Shown: positions 1 to 9,427 of the stretch, one piece after another | How the letters are laid out: every line of letters begins with the position of its first letter | How positions within the stretch are numbered: the stretch's first letter is position 1 | DNA from: Candidatus Poribacteria bacterium | Lineage (GTDB): Bacteria > Poribacteria > WGA-4E > PCPOR2b | DNA length: 64,000 nt | Reading direction: 5' to 3' | NCBI GenBank assembly: GCA_965208325.1 | Contig: OZ242326.1 | Span: 2,176,001 to 2,240,000 of the forward strand | Translations under genes and position numbers: made by a program | Notes under the pieces: generated by a model | The model's input: the letters and a program-made list of their open reading frames with translations, nothing else | Database searches by the model: none | Told to the model about the DNA's origin: nothing

Positions 1-318
1 TTCGGCGCCGGGATTGCTGGAGTTGCGGGCTGTGCTTGGACACTTATCGGCGGCGTCACGCCGGATATGGGACAGACCAACTTCATCATTGATTCATTCC
101 TCGTCGTCGTCACCGGCGGTGTGGGCGAACTCATCGGGGTAATCTGCGCGGGATTGGGCATTGGCGTGCTGACGAAAGTGGTTGAGCCGACGCAAATCGG
201 GTCTTTCGTTGTCGGCGCGATTTGGGCAAAAATTCTGCTATTGGTTGTCATTGTCGCATTCATCCAATTTAAGCCCGCAGGCCTGTTTGCGCCTAAAGGT
301 AGGCTCAGTGATGTTTAA
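1..318 (+). CDS. urtB: Urea ABC transporter permease UrtB, 3' part (5'-truncated by window edge)
   Basis: Frame open from position 1 (FGAGIAGVAGCAW...DMGQTNFIIDSFLVVVTGGVG...FIQFKPAGLF); LivH/UrtB-type C-terminus; directly upstream of urtC and urtD. Confidence 0.85.
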   Translation, partial: FGAGIAGVAGCAWTLIGGVTPDMGQTNFIIDSFLVVVTGGVGELIGVICAGLGIGVLTKVVEPTQIGSFVVGAIWAKILLLVVIVAFIQFKPAGLFAPKGRLSDV

Positions 319-1546
319 AAAAACTGTAACTGCCGAATCAAGCAATGCGGGCGAGGCGGCGAGGCCTCAGTCTTTCCGGACAAATGGATTGGGATTAAAG
401 AACCAAAATTCACAAGTTGCGGCAACGGGTGGCTGGCGAATTTTTGTCCAACGGTATGTCCCGTGGGCATTACTTTTTGTCGGGTTAGTCATGGTCCCGC
501 TGTCGTATTACACGGGACTTATTACCATCGGGACAGTGAACATGCTCGGCCGGTACATGGCATTTGCAATTGTAGCGGTGGGACTCGATCTTATCTGGGG
601 TTATACCGGTATCCTTAGTCTCTGCCAGTCCTTCTTTTTCGCGCTGGGCGGATACGCGATGGGGATGTATTTGGCGCACCACGGCGGTCCGGAGGGAATC
701 ATAGACGCCAACAACTGGAAAATTCCCGCCTGCTTGTACGTCGTATATCCGTACAAAGTCGGCGAAGCGCCGGGTGATGCTCTGGTTCCATGGTTCTGGA
801 AACCGTTCTATACACTGCCAGTCACAACGCTTTTAGGGTTGCTCATTCCCGGCTTAGCCGCTTTAGTAATCGGCTATGTCGGGTTTCGCAGCCGGGTTCG
901 CGGCGTCTATTTCGCCATTTTGACACAGGCAATTACGGTGGCAGGGTGGTTAGTGTTCTGCATGAACAATATGAAACTGTGCGGGACTAACGGATTGACA
1001 CGGTTTGATCGAATCGCGGGCTTCAAGTTAGCAAACCCTAACGTCAAAGTAAGCCTGTATATCCTCACACTGCTTGCGTTAGTTGGGGTCTATGCCTTGT
1101 GCCGATACGTCGTAAAATCGCGGCTGGGACGAATCCTCATCGCCATTCGAGATGATGAAACTACCCTGCGTTTTTCTGGCTATAAACCCTACATTTATAA
1201 ACTCTTCGCTTTTGTCCTAGCAGGCATGATTGCCGGGCTGGGCGGGATGCTTTATGCGCCGCAGATGGGCATTTTTACGCCAACGAACATGGAGGCGAGT
1301 GCGTCGATTTTGGTTGTTGTCTGGGTTGCAGTTGGAGGGCGCGGCGCTCTTTCCGGCGCAATTCTTGGCGCGTTAGCCGTAAATCTTCTTTACAACTTTT
1401 TTACCTCAGAGAAGGACTTCTACTTGTTTGTCTGGAAGGCAGAATTTTGGCAGTTTGTTTTAGGCGGACTTTTTATTGGCGTCGTTCTGCTGTTCCCCGG
1501 CGGTTTAATCGATCTGTGGCGGCGCTTGGTGCGTGCTGCGAGATGA
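311..1546 (+). CDS. urtC: Urea ABC transporter permease UrtC
   Basis: LGRYMAFAIVAVGLDLIWGYTGILSL, RSRVRGVYFAILTQA, GTNGLT and AIRDDE motifs; ATG 311 overlaps the urtB end. Confidence 0.9.
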   Translation: MFKKTVTAESSNAGEAARPQSFRTNGLGLKNQNSQVAATGGWRIFVQRYVPWALLFVGLVMVPLSYYTGLITIGTVNMLGRYMAFAIVAVGLDLIWGYTGILSLCQSFFFALGGYAMGMYLAHHGGPEGIIDANNWKIPACLYVVYPYKVGEAPGDALVPWFWKPFYTLPVTTLLGLLIPGLAALVIGYVGFRSRVRGVYFAILTQAITVAGWLVFCMNNMKLCGTNGLTRFDRIAGFKLANPNVKVSLYILTLLALVGVYALCRYVVKSRLGRILIAIRDDETTLRFSGYKPYIYKLFAFVLAGMIAGLGGMLYAPQMGIFTPTNMEASASILVVVWVAVGGRGALSGAILGALAVNLLYNFFTSEKDFYLFVWKAEFWQFVLGGLFIGVVLLFPGGLIDLWRRLVRAAR

Positions 1547-1578
1547 TTATCAAAACGGAGAAAACGGGTGACCTGAAT

Positions 1579-1603
1579 GAAGGGGCAAGCCTTGTGCCTG
1601 CCC
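1579..1603 (+). repeat. REP-like palindrome (degenerate GTAG-type)
   Basis: GAAG-GGGCAAGC-CTTGT-GCCTGCCC imperfect hairpin between urtC and urtD. Confidence 0.45.
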
Positions 1604-1663
1604 AAGACACTCGCAACCGAGATGGGTTCAATTTGTCAAATTCCAAAAAGAACCTAGTTTATT

Positions 1664-2464
1664 ATGGACCAAGCCCAACGAATCGCCGAATATAAAGAGT
1701 ACAGTCCTCGAGCCAGTCGATTGTCAGAGGAGAAATTTCTGCTCTTTCTGGAAGATATAACCGCAGTCTTTGACGGTTTCAAAGCGTTAGATATACAAGC
1801 GTTGGGAATTGAACATAACGAACTCCGCGTTATCATCGGTCCCAACGGCGCGGGCAAAACAACGCTTTGCGATGTCGTAAGCGGAAAAACCCGGCCGACG
1901 ACTGGATATGTCTTTTTCGATGGCACCGATATTACACAACAGACAGAAGAACAGATTGCGTTGCGGGGAATCGGCAGGAAGTTTCAAACGCCGACCGTTT
2001 TTGATAGCCTCACGACCTACGAAAATATGGAACTCGCCCTACCGGGCCACTACCATCTGTGGCCCAATCTGTTTGGACACACAACAAAAGCCCAGCGGGA
2101 ACACATCTTAGAAATTTTAGAGCGAGTCGGACTCGTAGATGCGTTAGACCTTGAAGCCAAGTATTTGAGTCACGGACAACGTCAATGGTTGGCGATTAGC
2201 ACGCTTATCCTATCCAACCCCAAATTGCTCCTCGTCGATGAACCTGCAGCCGGTTTAACAGATGCCGAAACGGCGTTGACAGCGGAACTCCTCCTTGAGT
2301 TGAAAGGCGACCATACGCTTATCGTCATTGAGCACGATATGGATTTTGTACGCCAGCTCGATTCATTCGTAACCGTGCTGAATGAAGGGGTCATTATGGC
2401 GGAAGGATCCATGCAGGAGGTTCAGCAAAACGAGGAGGTCATTGAGGCATATCTCGGCAGATAA
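1664..2464 (+). CDS. urtD: Urea ABC transporter ATP-binding protein UrtD
   Basis: Walker A GPNGAGKT, GIGRKFQTP, LSHGQRQWL, LLVDEP; ends VIEAYLGR. Confidence 0.92.
   Translation: MDQAQRIAEYKEYSPRASRLSEEKFLLFLEDITAVFDGFKALDIQALGIEHNELRVIIGPNGAGKTTLCDVVSGKTRPTTGYVFFDGTDITQQTEEQIALRGIGRKFQTPTVFDSLTTYENMELALPGHYHLWPNLFGHTTKAQREHILEILERVGLVDALDLEAKYLSHGQRQWLAISTLILSNPKLLLVDEPAAGLTDAETALTAELLLELKGDHTLIVIEHDMDFVRQLDSFVTVLNEGVIMAEGSMQEVQQNEEVIEAYLGR
2417..2463 (+). repeat. 47-bp direct repeat, copy 1 (urtD 3' end; att-like)
   Basis: GAGGTTCAGCAAAACGAGGAGGTCATTGAGGCATATCTCGGCAGATA; 45/47 identical to 4562-4608. Confidence 0.95.
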
Positions 2465-2500
2465 ACAGTTATGAAGCGGAAAGCTAAGTATGTGTAGGCA

Positions 2501-2529
2501 TTGACTTATTGTTGTGGTTTTGTTATTAT
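2501..2529 (+). promoter_or_regulatory. Sigma70-type promoter inside the insertion
   Basis: TTGACT-17 bp-TATTAT with extended -10 TG. Confidence 0.65.
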
Positions 2530-2823
2530 TGCTGCGTCAAACACAGCTGCGCGCGTGAAAAAGCCTCCCTTTCACAACATCCGACCGCGTAACCGAAAGT
2601 TGTAAACCATTTTCTCCAATGAAGGGGCTTCTGTTCGTCGGTATACCTTTGACCATAGGTTGGTATATCCGTTTGGAGGCTAGGGTACCGGGATTTAGCG
2701 GAAATGATTACGCTTGAATGTTAAAAATACCCAACAGGCTTGACTTAATCATGTACCGGGCATATTTAAAGGAGAGCGAATCAAGCTAGAAGCCGAAGTA
2801 TTCAGGACCTGTTTGGAGTTGCA

Positions 2824-4563
2824 ATGCTAACAAAATTGATTTGCCGAAATTTCAAGAATTTTGATGATGTAGAAGTCGAATTGGGGAACCCTGTGGTTTT
2901 TATTGGCCCGAATAACTCTGGCAAAACTACAGCATTACAGGCGCTTGCGCTGTGGGATGTTGGTCTCAAACGTTGGAACGAAAACCGTAAGGGGAAGCCA
3001 AATCCGGAAAAACGTCCTGGCGTTGCTATCAATCGACGCGATCTCATCTCAGTACCTGTCCCGAATGCGAGGTTGCTTTGGCAAAATTTGCAAGTTCGAG
3101 ATACTCATAAAATTGATGGAAGTCAACGGACGCAAAACGTCCGTATGGATATAATTGTTGAAGGTGTTACCGCAAATAGGCAGTGGGCGTGCGGCTTGGA
3201 ATTCGATTATGCCAATCAGGAATCCTTTTACTGCAGACCCCTACGATTATCAGAAATCGATGGCAAGGTGTTGAAACGAATGCCGGTTCCTGAAGAGGCA
3301 GCGCACCTTGATGTCGCATTCTTGCCGCCGATGTCTGGACTCGCGTCGAATGAAACGCGACTCGATCCGGGCGCGATTAATGTCCGTGTTGGCGAAGGAC
3401 GTACCGCAGAAGTCCTCCGCAATCTCTGTTTTCAAGTTTTGCACGAGCATCGGGATGAAGAAACTTGGGGAAAAATTTGCCAACAAATTCGAGAGCTGTT
3501 CGGTGTTCAACTTGATGAGCCTGTCTACATTCAGGAGCGGGGAGAGATAGAGATGAATTACCGGGACAGTTCAGGTGTCACTCTGGCACTGTCGTCTTCC
3601 GGGCTAGGGTTTCAGCAAACACTACTTTTGCTCGCGTATATTGCGGCACGACCGGGCTCTGTCCTTCTCCTTGACGAACCAGATGCTCACCTTGAGATTC
3701 TCCGACAGCGGCAGATTTACCAGGTGCTTAGTAAGCTGGCGAAAGCACAGGACAGTCAAATCATCGCTGCCAGTCATTCGGAGGTCATACTCAACGAAGC
3801 CGCCGTACGGGATGTAGTTATCGCTTTTCTTGGCGTTCCGCACAGAGTTGATGACCGTGTCAGCCAGCTCTTGAAATCCCTCCGGTCGATCGGCTTTGAG
3901 CAATATTATCAGGCGGAACAGAGGGGTTGGGTACTCTACCTTGAGGGTTCGACCGACCTAGCAATTTTACAGGCGTTTGCCGAGAAACTAGATCATCCCG
4001 CGCAGGATGTATTGGAGCGTCCATTTGTGCAATACATCGGAGACCAACCACAGAAAGCACGCGACCACTTTTATGGATTGCGAGAGGCAAAACCGAATTT
4101 GGTTGGATTCTGTCTAATCGATCGGATGGATTACGGACTACAAGACAGACCTGAATTACGAGAATATATGTGGACACGGCGTGAAATAGAAAACTACCTT
4201 TGTCGGAAAGATGTTTTGCTCCGATGGGCAGAGGTTGAAGAAGCGCAACGGTCTATGGGACCGCTGTTTAGTAATCAATGGTCACCCGCAATGGAAGAGA
4301 CAATCGCAGAGGTTGAAAATGCTTTACAGACTCTTGGCAAAGGATTGCCTTGGTCAGCAGATACCAAAGTAAGTGATGATTTTCTGAATCCTCTTTTTGA
4401 AGCGTTTTTCAAGAAATTGGGTTTGGAAAATCTCATGCTAAAGACGAATTATCATACGCTCGTTCAATACGTTTCATCGGATGGGATAGACCCAGAAATT
4501 CGGGACGTGCTTGATGGTATCCAAGAGATAGCGAACCAAGCAGTTCCAATTGCCGAAAGGTGA
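2824..4563 (+). CDS. OLD-like ABC/AAA ATPase with C-terminal TOPRIM-type nuclease domain (putative defence protein)
   Basis: N-terminal RNFKNF, Walker A GPNNSGKT, SSSGLG signature, Walker B LLLDEPDAHL, H-loop ASHS; C-terminal LYLEGSTD, IDRMD and RREIENYL. Confidence 0.75.
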   Translation: MLTKLICRNFKNFDDVEVELGNPVVFIGPNNSGKTTALQALALWDVGLKRWNENRKGKPNPEKRPGVAINRRDLISVPVPNARLLWQNLQVRDTHKIDGSQRTQNVRMDIIVEGVTANRQWACGLEFDYANQESFYCRPLRLSEIDGKVLKRMPVPEEAAHLDVAFLPPMSGLASNETRLDPGAINVRVGEGRTAEVLRNLCFQVLHEHRDEETWGKICQQIRELFGVQLDEPVYIQERGEIEMNYRDSSGVTLALSSSGLGFQQTLLLLAYIAARPGSVLLLDEPDAHLEILRQRQIYQVLSKLAKAQDSQIIAASHSEVILNEAAVRDVVIAFLGVPHRVDDRVSQLLKSLRSIGFEQYYQAEQRGWVLYLEGSTDLAILQAFAEKLDHPAQDVLERPFVQYIGDQPQKARDHFYGLREAKPNLVGFCLIDRMDYGLQDRPELREYMWTRREIENYLCRKDVLLRWAEVEEAQRSMGPLFSNQWSPAMEETIAEVENALQTLGKGLPWSADTKVSDDFLNPLFEAFFKKLGLENLMLKTNYHTLVQYVSSDGIDPEIRDVLDGIQEIANQAVPIAER

Positions 4564-4608
4564 GGTTCGGCAAAACGAGGAGGTCATTGAGGCATATCTG
4601 GGCAGATA
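4562..4608 (+). repeat. 47-bp direct repeat, copy 2
   Basis: GAGGTTCGGCAAAACGAGGAGGTCATTGAGGCATATCTGGGCAGATA; overlaps the ATPase stop codon. Confidence 0.95.
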
Positions 4609-4658
4609 TTTTTGGGAAGGCGGGCTTCAGAAATAGAGAATCCCGTTTGGATGTGCGT

Positions 4659-4798
4659 TTACGCATTACTCGTTACGCATTACGTATTACGCATTACGTA
4701 TTACGCATTACGCATTACTCGTTACGAATTACGCATTACGCATTACGCATTACTCGTTACGTATTACGCATTACGCATTACTCGTTACGCATTACGTA
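4659..4798 (+). repeat. Heptamer tandem repeat, 20 x TTAC(GCA/GTA/TCG/GAA)
   Basis: 140 bp in exact 7-bp register, ending 11 nt before the urtE ATG. Confidence 0.97.
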
Positions 4799-4809
4799 TC
4801 ACCAACATC

Positions 4810-5505
4810 ATGCTAACAGTCTCAAATCTCTCATTTTCATACGGCGAAGTCCAAGTGCTGCGTGGGGTGGATATTCACGTGCCTGCGGAGACAATTGTCT
4901 CGATGATGGGACGCAACGGTGTGGGAAAAACGACACTGATGAACAATATCGTCGGGCTGCTCAAACCGTCGTCCGGCTCGATAAAAATCGAAGACCGTGA
5001 ACTTGTGCGCGTTTCGACGCACCGGCGGATACGCGCCGGGTTGGCGTACGTACCGCAGGGACGGATGATATTTCCGAAACTGACGGTTGAGGAAAATTTG
5101 CGGGTCGGGCTATCGGCGCGTGCTGATAAACGCGCACAAATCCCGGATGAGATTTATGAACTCTTCCCAATTCTCAAAGAGATGGGAGGTCGGATGGGCG
5201 GCGACCTCTCCGGGGGGCAGCAACAGCAACTCGCTATAGGACGCGCGCTCGTCACTGATCCGAAGGTTCTTATCTTGGACGAACCCACCGAGGGCATCCA
5301 ACCGAACATCATCCAACAGATTGGGGTGGTGCTGCGGCAATTGGTGCAAAACAGACGGCTTACAATTCTTATCGTCGAACAGTACCTCGATTTTGTTCGG
5401 GAATTCTGCCAGCAGTTTTTCATCATGAACCGCGGTGAGATTGTCGCACACGGTGAAACTGACGCGCTCAACCAGAACATGATTCGGGAGTACCTTAGCG
5501 TCTAA
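4810..5505 (+). CDS. urtE: Urea ABC transporter ATP-binding protein UrtE
   Basis: MLTVSNLSFSYG start; GRNGVGKT, AYVPQGR, GGDLSGGQQQQLAIGRAL, LDEPTEGIQPNII. Confidence 0.92.
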   Translation: MLTVSNLSFSYGEVQVLRGVDIHVPAETIVSMMGRNGVGKTTLMNNIVGLLKPSSGSIKIEDRELVRVSTHRRIRAGLAYVPQGRMIFPKLTVEENLRVGLSARADKRAQIPDEIYELFPILKEMGGRMGGDLSGGQQQQLAIGRALVTDPKVLILDEPTEGIQPNIIQQIGVVLRQLVQNRRLTILIVEQYLDFVREFCQQFFIMNRGEIVAHGETDALNQNMIREYLSV

Positions 5506-5506
5506 G

Positions 5507-6355
5507 ATGTCACGCATCAGCTCTATTGCAGGGCGCCACGGCGAACTCAAACTCGCTTTCGAACAACGACACGGCAGTACGGTGTTGGCGGCGAGTTTCT
5601 TTAGAGTGCCGTTACAGGTGATGAAGCCGCGTTACGATGCGTCGGGCTGTGCTTGTGTATACCTCTTGAGTCCAACAGGAGGTGTCGTTCAGGGCGACGA
5701 TTATCAGATTGAGGTTACGCTCGCTACGAACACTCACGCAATTTTGACGACGCAGGCGGCGACGAAAGTTTACGCCATGCCCAAGCATGGCGCATCGCAA
5801 TCAATGCGGGTGCAGGTCGGGCAAGACGCATTCTTTGAATACTTGCCGGATCCAACAATCCTATTTCGAGACGCGAATTTTAGTCAAAGTATCGCCCTCT
5901 CTCTCGAGCGCGGCGCAATGGTTGCCCTGCAGGAAATTGTTATGCCGGGGCGGTTGGCGCGTGGAGAAACGCTGGCATTCACGCGTTTTGAGAGCCGCAT
6001 AGAGGCTTCAAATACGGATGGGCTGTTTATGTTTGACACATGCTGCATCCAACCGGACCGCCAATCTTACCTCACCAAATTAGCAGTGTTAGAGGGATAT
6101 ACCTGTTGGGGAAGTTGGTATCTCATCGGCGACTATGAAATGCCCGAATGGGAACCGTTTTGTGCATTTGCCGAGCCGCTGCTCAATCAGCCTTCAAAAT
6201 CGACGGGCGGATTGTCTCGGTTGCATCAGAGCGGTGTCGCTATCCGCATGCTCGCCCACAACGCAGGGACGATATATTCTGCTTTTCAGGCGATCTGGAA
6301 TTGGCTGAAGCTGGAACATTTTGGATTCGACAGCGTTGATTTGCGGAAGTATTAA
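5507..6355 (+). CDS. ureD: Urease accessory protein UreD/UreH
   Basis: PTGGVVQGD, LTTQAATKVY, EYLPDPTI, GRLARGE motifs; directly upstream of ureABC. Confidence 0.9.
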   Translation: MSRISSIAGRHGELKLAFEQRHGSTVLAASFFRVPLQVMKPRYDASGCACVYLLSPTGGVVQGDDYQIEVTLATNTHAILTTQAATKVYAMPKHGASQSMRVQVGQDAFFEYLPDPTILFRDANFSQSIALSLERGAMVALQEIVMPGRLARGETLAFTRFESRIEASNTDGLFMFDTCCIQPDRQSYLTKLAVLEGYTCWGSWYLIGDYEMPEWEPFCAFAEPLLNQPSKSTGGLSRLHQSGVAIRMLAHNAGTIYSAFQAIWNWLKLEHFGFDSVDLRKY

Positions 6356-6373
6356 ACTTGGAGGAAATTACTC

Positions 6374-6676
6374 GTGAACTTAACGCCCCGTGAACAAGAG
6401 AAGCTGCTGATTTACGTTGCGGCGCAGCTTGCCAAAGATCGGCGGGCGCGCGGCTTAAAACTCAACTACCCTGAAGCGGTTGCCGTAATCACCGCCGAAA
6501 TTCTGGAGGGCATCCGTGAGGGAAAATCGGTCGCAGATTTGATGCAGTACGGCACCACCCTACTGAACCGCGGCGATGTAATGGACGGCGTGCCGGAGAT
6601 GCTCCACGACGTGCAGGTCGAAGGTACGTTCCCCGACGGCACGAAGCTCGTCACTGTCCACAATCCGATTCGGTAA
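6374..6676 (+). CDS. ureA: Urease subunit gamma
   Basis: [11 protein letters not shown]...[10 protein letters not shown]...[23 protein letters not shown]. Confidence 0.97.
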   Translation: MNLTPREQEKLLIYVAAQLAKDRRARGLKLNYPEAVAVITAEILEGIREGKSVADLMQYGTTLLNRGDVMDGVPEMLHDVQVEGTFPDGTKLVTVHNPIR

Positions 6677-6702
6677 TAATGAGCAGTTAAAGGAGAAAAG
6701 AG

Positions 6703-7017
6703 ATGATTCCCGGAGAATTCATACTTGCGGAAGGCGGCATTACCGCCAACGTTGGGCGCAAGACCGTTGAGTTAGCCGTTGCGAACACCGGCGACCGACC
6801 CATACAGGTCGGATCGCATTTCCACTTTTTCGAGGTCAACACCGCACTCCAATTTGATCGGGAGAAGGCGTTCGGTATGCGGCTGAATATCCCGTCGGGC
6901 GTCGCTGTACGCTTTGAACCGGGCGATGAAAAAACCGTGACACTCACAGAATTAAAGGGCAAACGAATTGTGCACGGATTGAACAGTCTGACCAACAGGG
7001 CGCTTGACCAAGCGTAA
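6703..7017 (+). CDS. ureB: Urease subunit beta
   Basis: MIPGE...[19 protein letters not shown]...RFEPG. Confidence 0.97.
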   Translation: MIPGEFILAEGGITANVGRKTVELAVANTGDRPIQVGSHFHFFEVNTALQFDREKAFGMRLNIPSGVAVRFEPGDEKTVTLTELKGKRIVHGLNSLTNRALDQA

Positions 7018-7028
7018 AGGAGTGGCAA

Positions 7029-8747
7029 ATGGCTCTCAACATCCCACGGCGTACCTACACGGACATCTACGGACCGACCGTCGGCGATAAAGTTCGCCTT
7101 GCGGACACCGAACTATTTATCGAAGTCGAGAGTGATTTTACAACTTACGGCGATGAGTCGAAATTTGGAGGCGGCAAGACGCTGCGCGACGGCATGGGAC
7201 AGATGCCCGGTGCTACGAGTGCGGATGGTGTGCTCGATCTTGTTCTGACCAATGCGCTAATCCTAGACCATTGGGGAATTGTCAAAGCAGACATCGGCGT
7301 GCGAAACGGAAAAATCGTCGGGATTGGCAAGGCGGGGAATCCAAACATTATGGACGGCGTCACCGAAGGTATGATCGTCGGGGCAGGCACGGAAGCCATT
7401 GCTGCCGAGGGGATGATTGTGACGCCGGGCGGACTTGATGTCCACATCCACTTCATCTGTCCCCAGCAAATTGATGAAGCCCTCTCTTCGGGAATCACGA
7501 CGATGATTGGCGGCGGGACTGGACCCGCAACCGGCACCAACGCCACCACCTGCACCCCGGGCGCGTGGAACATCGCGCGAATGCTGGAAGCTGCAGACGG
7601 GTTCCCCATCAACCTCGGTTTTCTGGGCAAGGGCAACTCATCGCTGCCGGCGTCACTCAACGAACAGATTGAGGCGGGCGCGTTGGGACTGAAACTCCAC
7701 GAGGATTGGGGTACGACCCCCGCTGCAATCGACTGCTGCCTATCCGTCGCCGAAGAATACGATGTGCAGGTCGCCATACATACCGATACACTCAACGAGG
7801 CGGGGTTTGTCGAAGATTCCATCGCCGCATTCAAGGGACGAACCATCCACACCTACCACACTGAAGGCGCGGGGGGCGGCCATGCGCCGGATATCATCAA
7901 GGTCTGCGGTCAAAGCAACGTGTTGCCATCCTCGACCAATCCTACGCGGCCGTTCACAGTCAACACCATTGATGAGCACCTCGACATGCTAATGGTCTGC
8001 CACCATCTTGACTCCTCTATCCCCGAAGACCTGGCATTCGCCGAGTCTCGGATCCGCCCGGAGACTATCGCCGCCGAGGATATCCTGCACGACCTCGGTG
8101 CATTCAGTATGATGGCGTCCGATTCACAGGCGATGGGGCGTGTCGGCGAAGTCATTCTCCGCACATGGCAGACTGCCCACAAAATGAAAGTCCAACGTGG
8201 GCGCCTTCCTGATGAAACGGGCGAAAACGACAACGTTCGCGCGAAACGCTATATCTCCAAATACGCAATTAACCCGGCAATCACACACGGCGTCAGCGAT
8301 CACGTGGGATCGATTGAAGTGGGGAAGCTCGCAGATCTTGTGATATGGGATCCAGCCTTTTTTGGCGTCAAACCGCAACTGGTGCTGAAGGGCGGATTCC
8401 TCGTCTGGGCGGCGATGGGCGACGCAAACGCTTCCATTCCAACGCCTCAGCCGGTTCTAGGGCGTCCGATGTTTGGCGCATTTGGGCGCGTCCCGTATAC
8501 CGCCTCGTATACGTTTGTTTCGCAGGCTGCTGTTGCGAGAGAGGTCGGTGTGCCTCTCAATCTTCAAAAGCCGACGGTTGCCGTGCGAAACTGCCGCACC
8601 CTAGACAAATCGTCCATGATAAACAATGCCTACCTGCCGAAGATGGAAGTAAATCCAGAAACCTACGAAGTCCGCGCAGATGGCGAACTCCTCACCTGCG
8701 AACCCGCCGAAATCCTTCCCATGGCGCAGCGTTACTTCCTGTTTTGA
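7029..8747 (+). CDS. ureC: Urease subunit alpha
   Basis: Ni ligands [46 protein letters not shown]; ends QRYFLF. Confidence 0.98.
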   Translation: MALNIPRRTYTDIYGPTVGDKVRLADTELFIEVESDFTTYGDESKFGGGKTLRDGMGQMPGATSADGVLDLVLTNALILDHWGIVKADIGVRNGKIVGIGKAGNPNIMDGVTEGMIVGAGTEAIAAEGMIVTPGGLDVHIHFICPQQIDEALSSGITTMIGGGTGPATGTNATTCTPGAWNIARMLEAADGFPINLGFLGKGNSSLPASLNEQIEAGALGLKLHEDWGTTPAAIDCCLSVAEEYDVQVAIHTDTLNEAGFVEDSIAAFKGRTIHTYHTEGAGGGHAPDIIKVCGQSNVLPSSTNPTRPFTVNTIDEHLDMLMVCHHLDSSIPEDLAFAESRIRPETIAAEDILHDLGAFSMMASDSQAMGRVGEVILRTWQTAHKMKVQRGRLPDETGENDNVRAKRYISKYAINPAITHGVSDHVGSIEVGKLADLVIWDPAFFGVKPQLVLKGGFLVWAAMGDANASIPTPQPVLGRPMFGAFGRVPYTASYTFVSQAAVAREVGVPLNLQKPTVAVRNCRTLDKSSMINNAYLPKMEVNPETYEVRADGELLTCEPAEILPMAQRYFLF

Positions 8748-8816
8748 CCTTTGTTCCCGCTACGCAAAAATCCCCCACAAACCCAAACTGACCTCCCCCC
8801 AACGTCCACGCAACAC

Positions 8817-8845
8817 TTGAATTTCTCGCTGAATTCAACTATAAT
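8817..8845 (+). promoter_or_regulatory. Sigma70-type promoter for the rhodanese gene
   Basis: TTGAAT-17 bp-TATAAT. Confidence 0.6.
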
Positions 8846-8860
8846 TAGCCGTAAGGCGTT

Positions 8861-9286
8861 ATGCTCACTTTGGAGGAATCAAAATTGGACCGCCGTATCC
8901 GGCACTACGAAGACAAATTAAGCTATGAAACCGACTCATGGGACCTAAATGAAGCCATTCAAAACGGCGAGAGAATTGTCGTAATCGACACGCGTTCTTT
9001 CGATGCGTTCGAAGAAGAACACATCCCCGGAGCGGTAAGTTTGCCGCATCGGACGATGCGCCAAGAGACGACTTCCCATATGGATCTAGAATTTCTCTAC
9101 GTCACATACTGCGACGGTATTGGTTGCAATGCGTCAACCAAAGGTGCACTCAAGATGGCACAGTTAGGATTCCGCGTGAAGGAGCTAATCGGCGGCTTGG
9201 ATTGGTGGAAGCGGGATGGATACCCTACGGAAACTTCTGATAGATTGCGTGCGGATACACAATCAACATCGTGCGTTTGTTCATAA
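8861..9286 (+). CDS. Rhodanese-like domain protein
   Basis: VIDTRS...HIPGAVSLP, YCDGIGCNAS, ELIGGLDWW; alternative in-frame TTG start at 8885 behind GGAGG. Confidence 0.88.
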   Translation: MLTLEESKLDRRIRHYEDKLSYETDSWDLNEAIQNGERIVVIDTRSFDAFEEEHIPGAVSLPHRTMRQETTSHMDLEFLYVTYCDGIGCNASTKGALKMAQLGFRVKELIGGLDWWKRDGYPTETSDRLRADTQSTSCVCS

Positions 9287-9427
9287 TATGCGGCCACGCT
9301 GGGTAATCCCGCATGAAGGCCCTGGAACGCACACCTGCATATCTATATCTCCGATTCTGAATCACTGTATTCCGAGTCTTTGCGGGTTTCCCATAATCCA
9401 TTCGCCGCAGCTTTGAAGGACATACCC

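Larger units (their letters stand above)
2417..4608. mobile_element. Direct-repeat-bounded single-gene insertion (2145 bp repeat-to-repeat) in the urt operon; no integrase
   Basis: Separates the normally adjacent urtD and urtE; bounded by 47-bp direct repeats; carries its own promoter. Confidence 0.65.

Noticed and set aside
2530..2700. c-di-GMP-I riboswitch (AAAGCCTCC resemblance)
   Set aside because: The characteristic GGCAAA...GAAA P2 stem and P3 tetraloop receptor could not be found.
4659..4798. Possible CRISPR array
   Set aside because: Contiguous 7-bp units with no spacers, and no cas genes in the window.
4560..5000. 146-aa ORF with LRITHY repeats, and the N-terminally extended UrtE (from 4612)
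   Set aside because: Both are translations of the duplicated urtD tail and the heptamer tract; UrtE homology begins at ATG 4810.
7145..7852. Long antisense ORFs (e.g. 7145-7852, 40721-41341, 52687-53418, 54711-55304)
   Set aside because: Shadow frames opposite well-supported genes, with no recognisable motifs.
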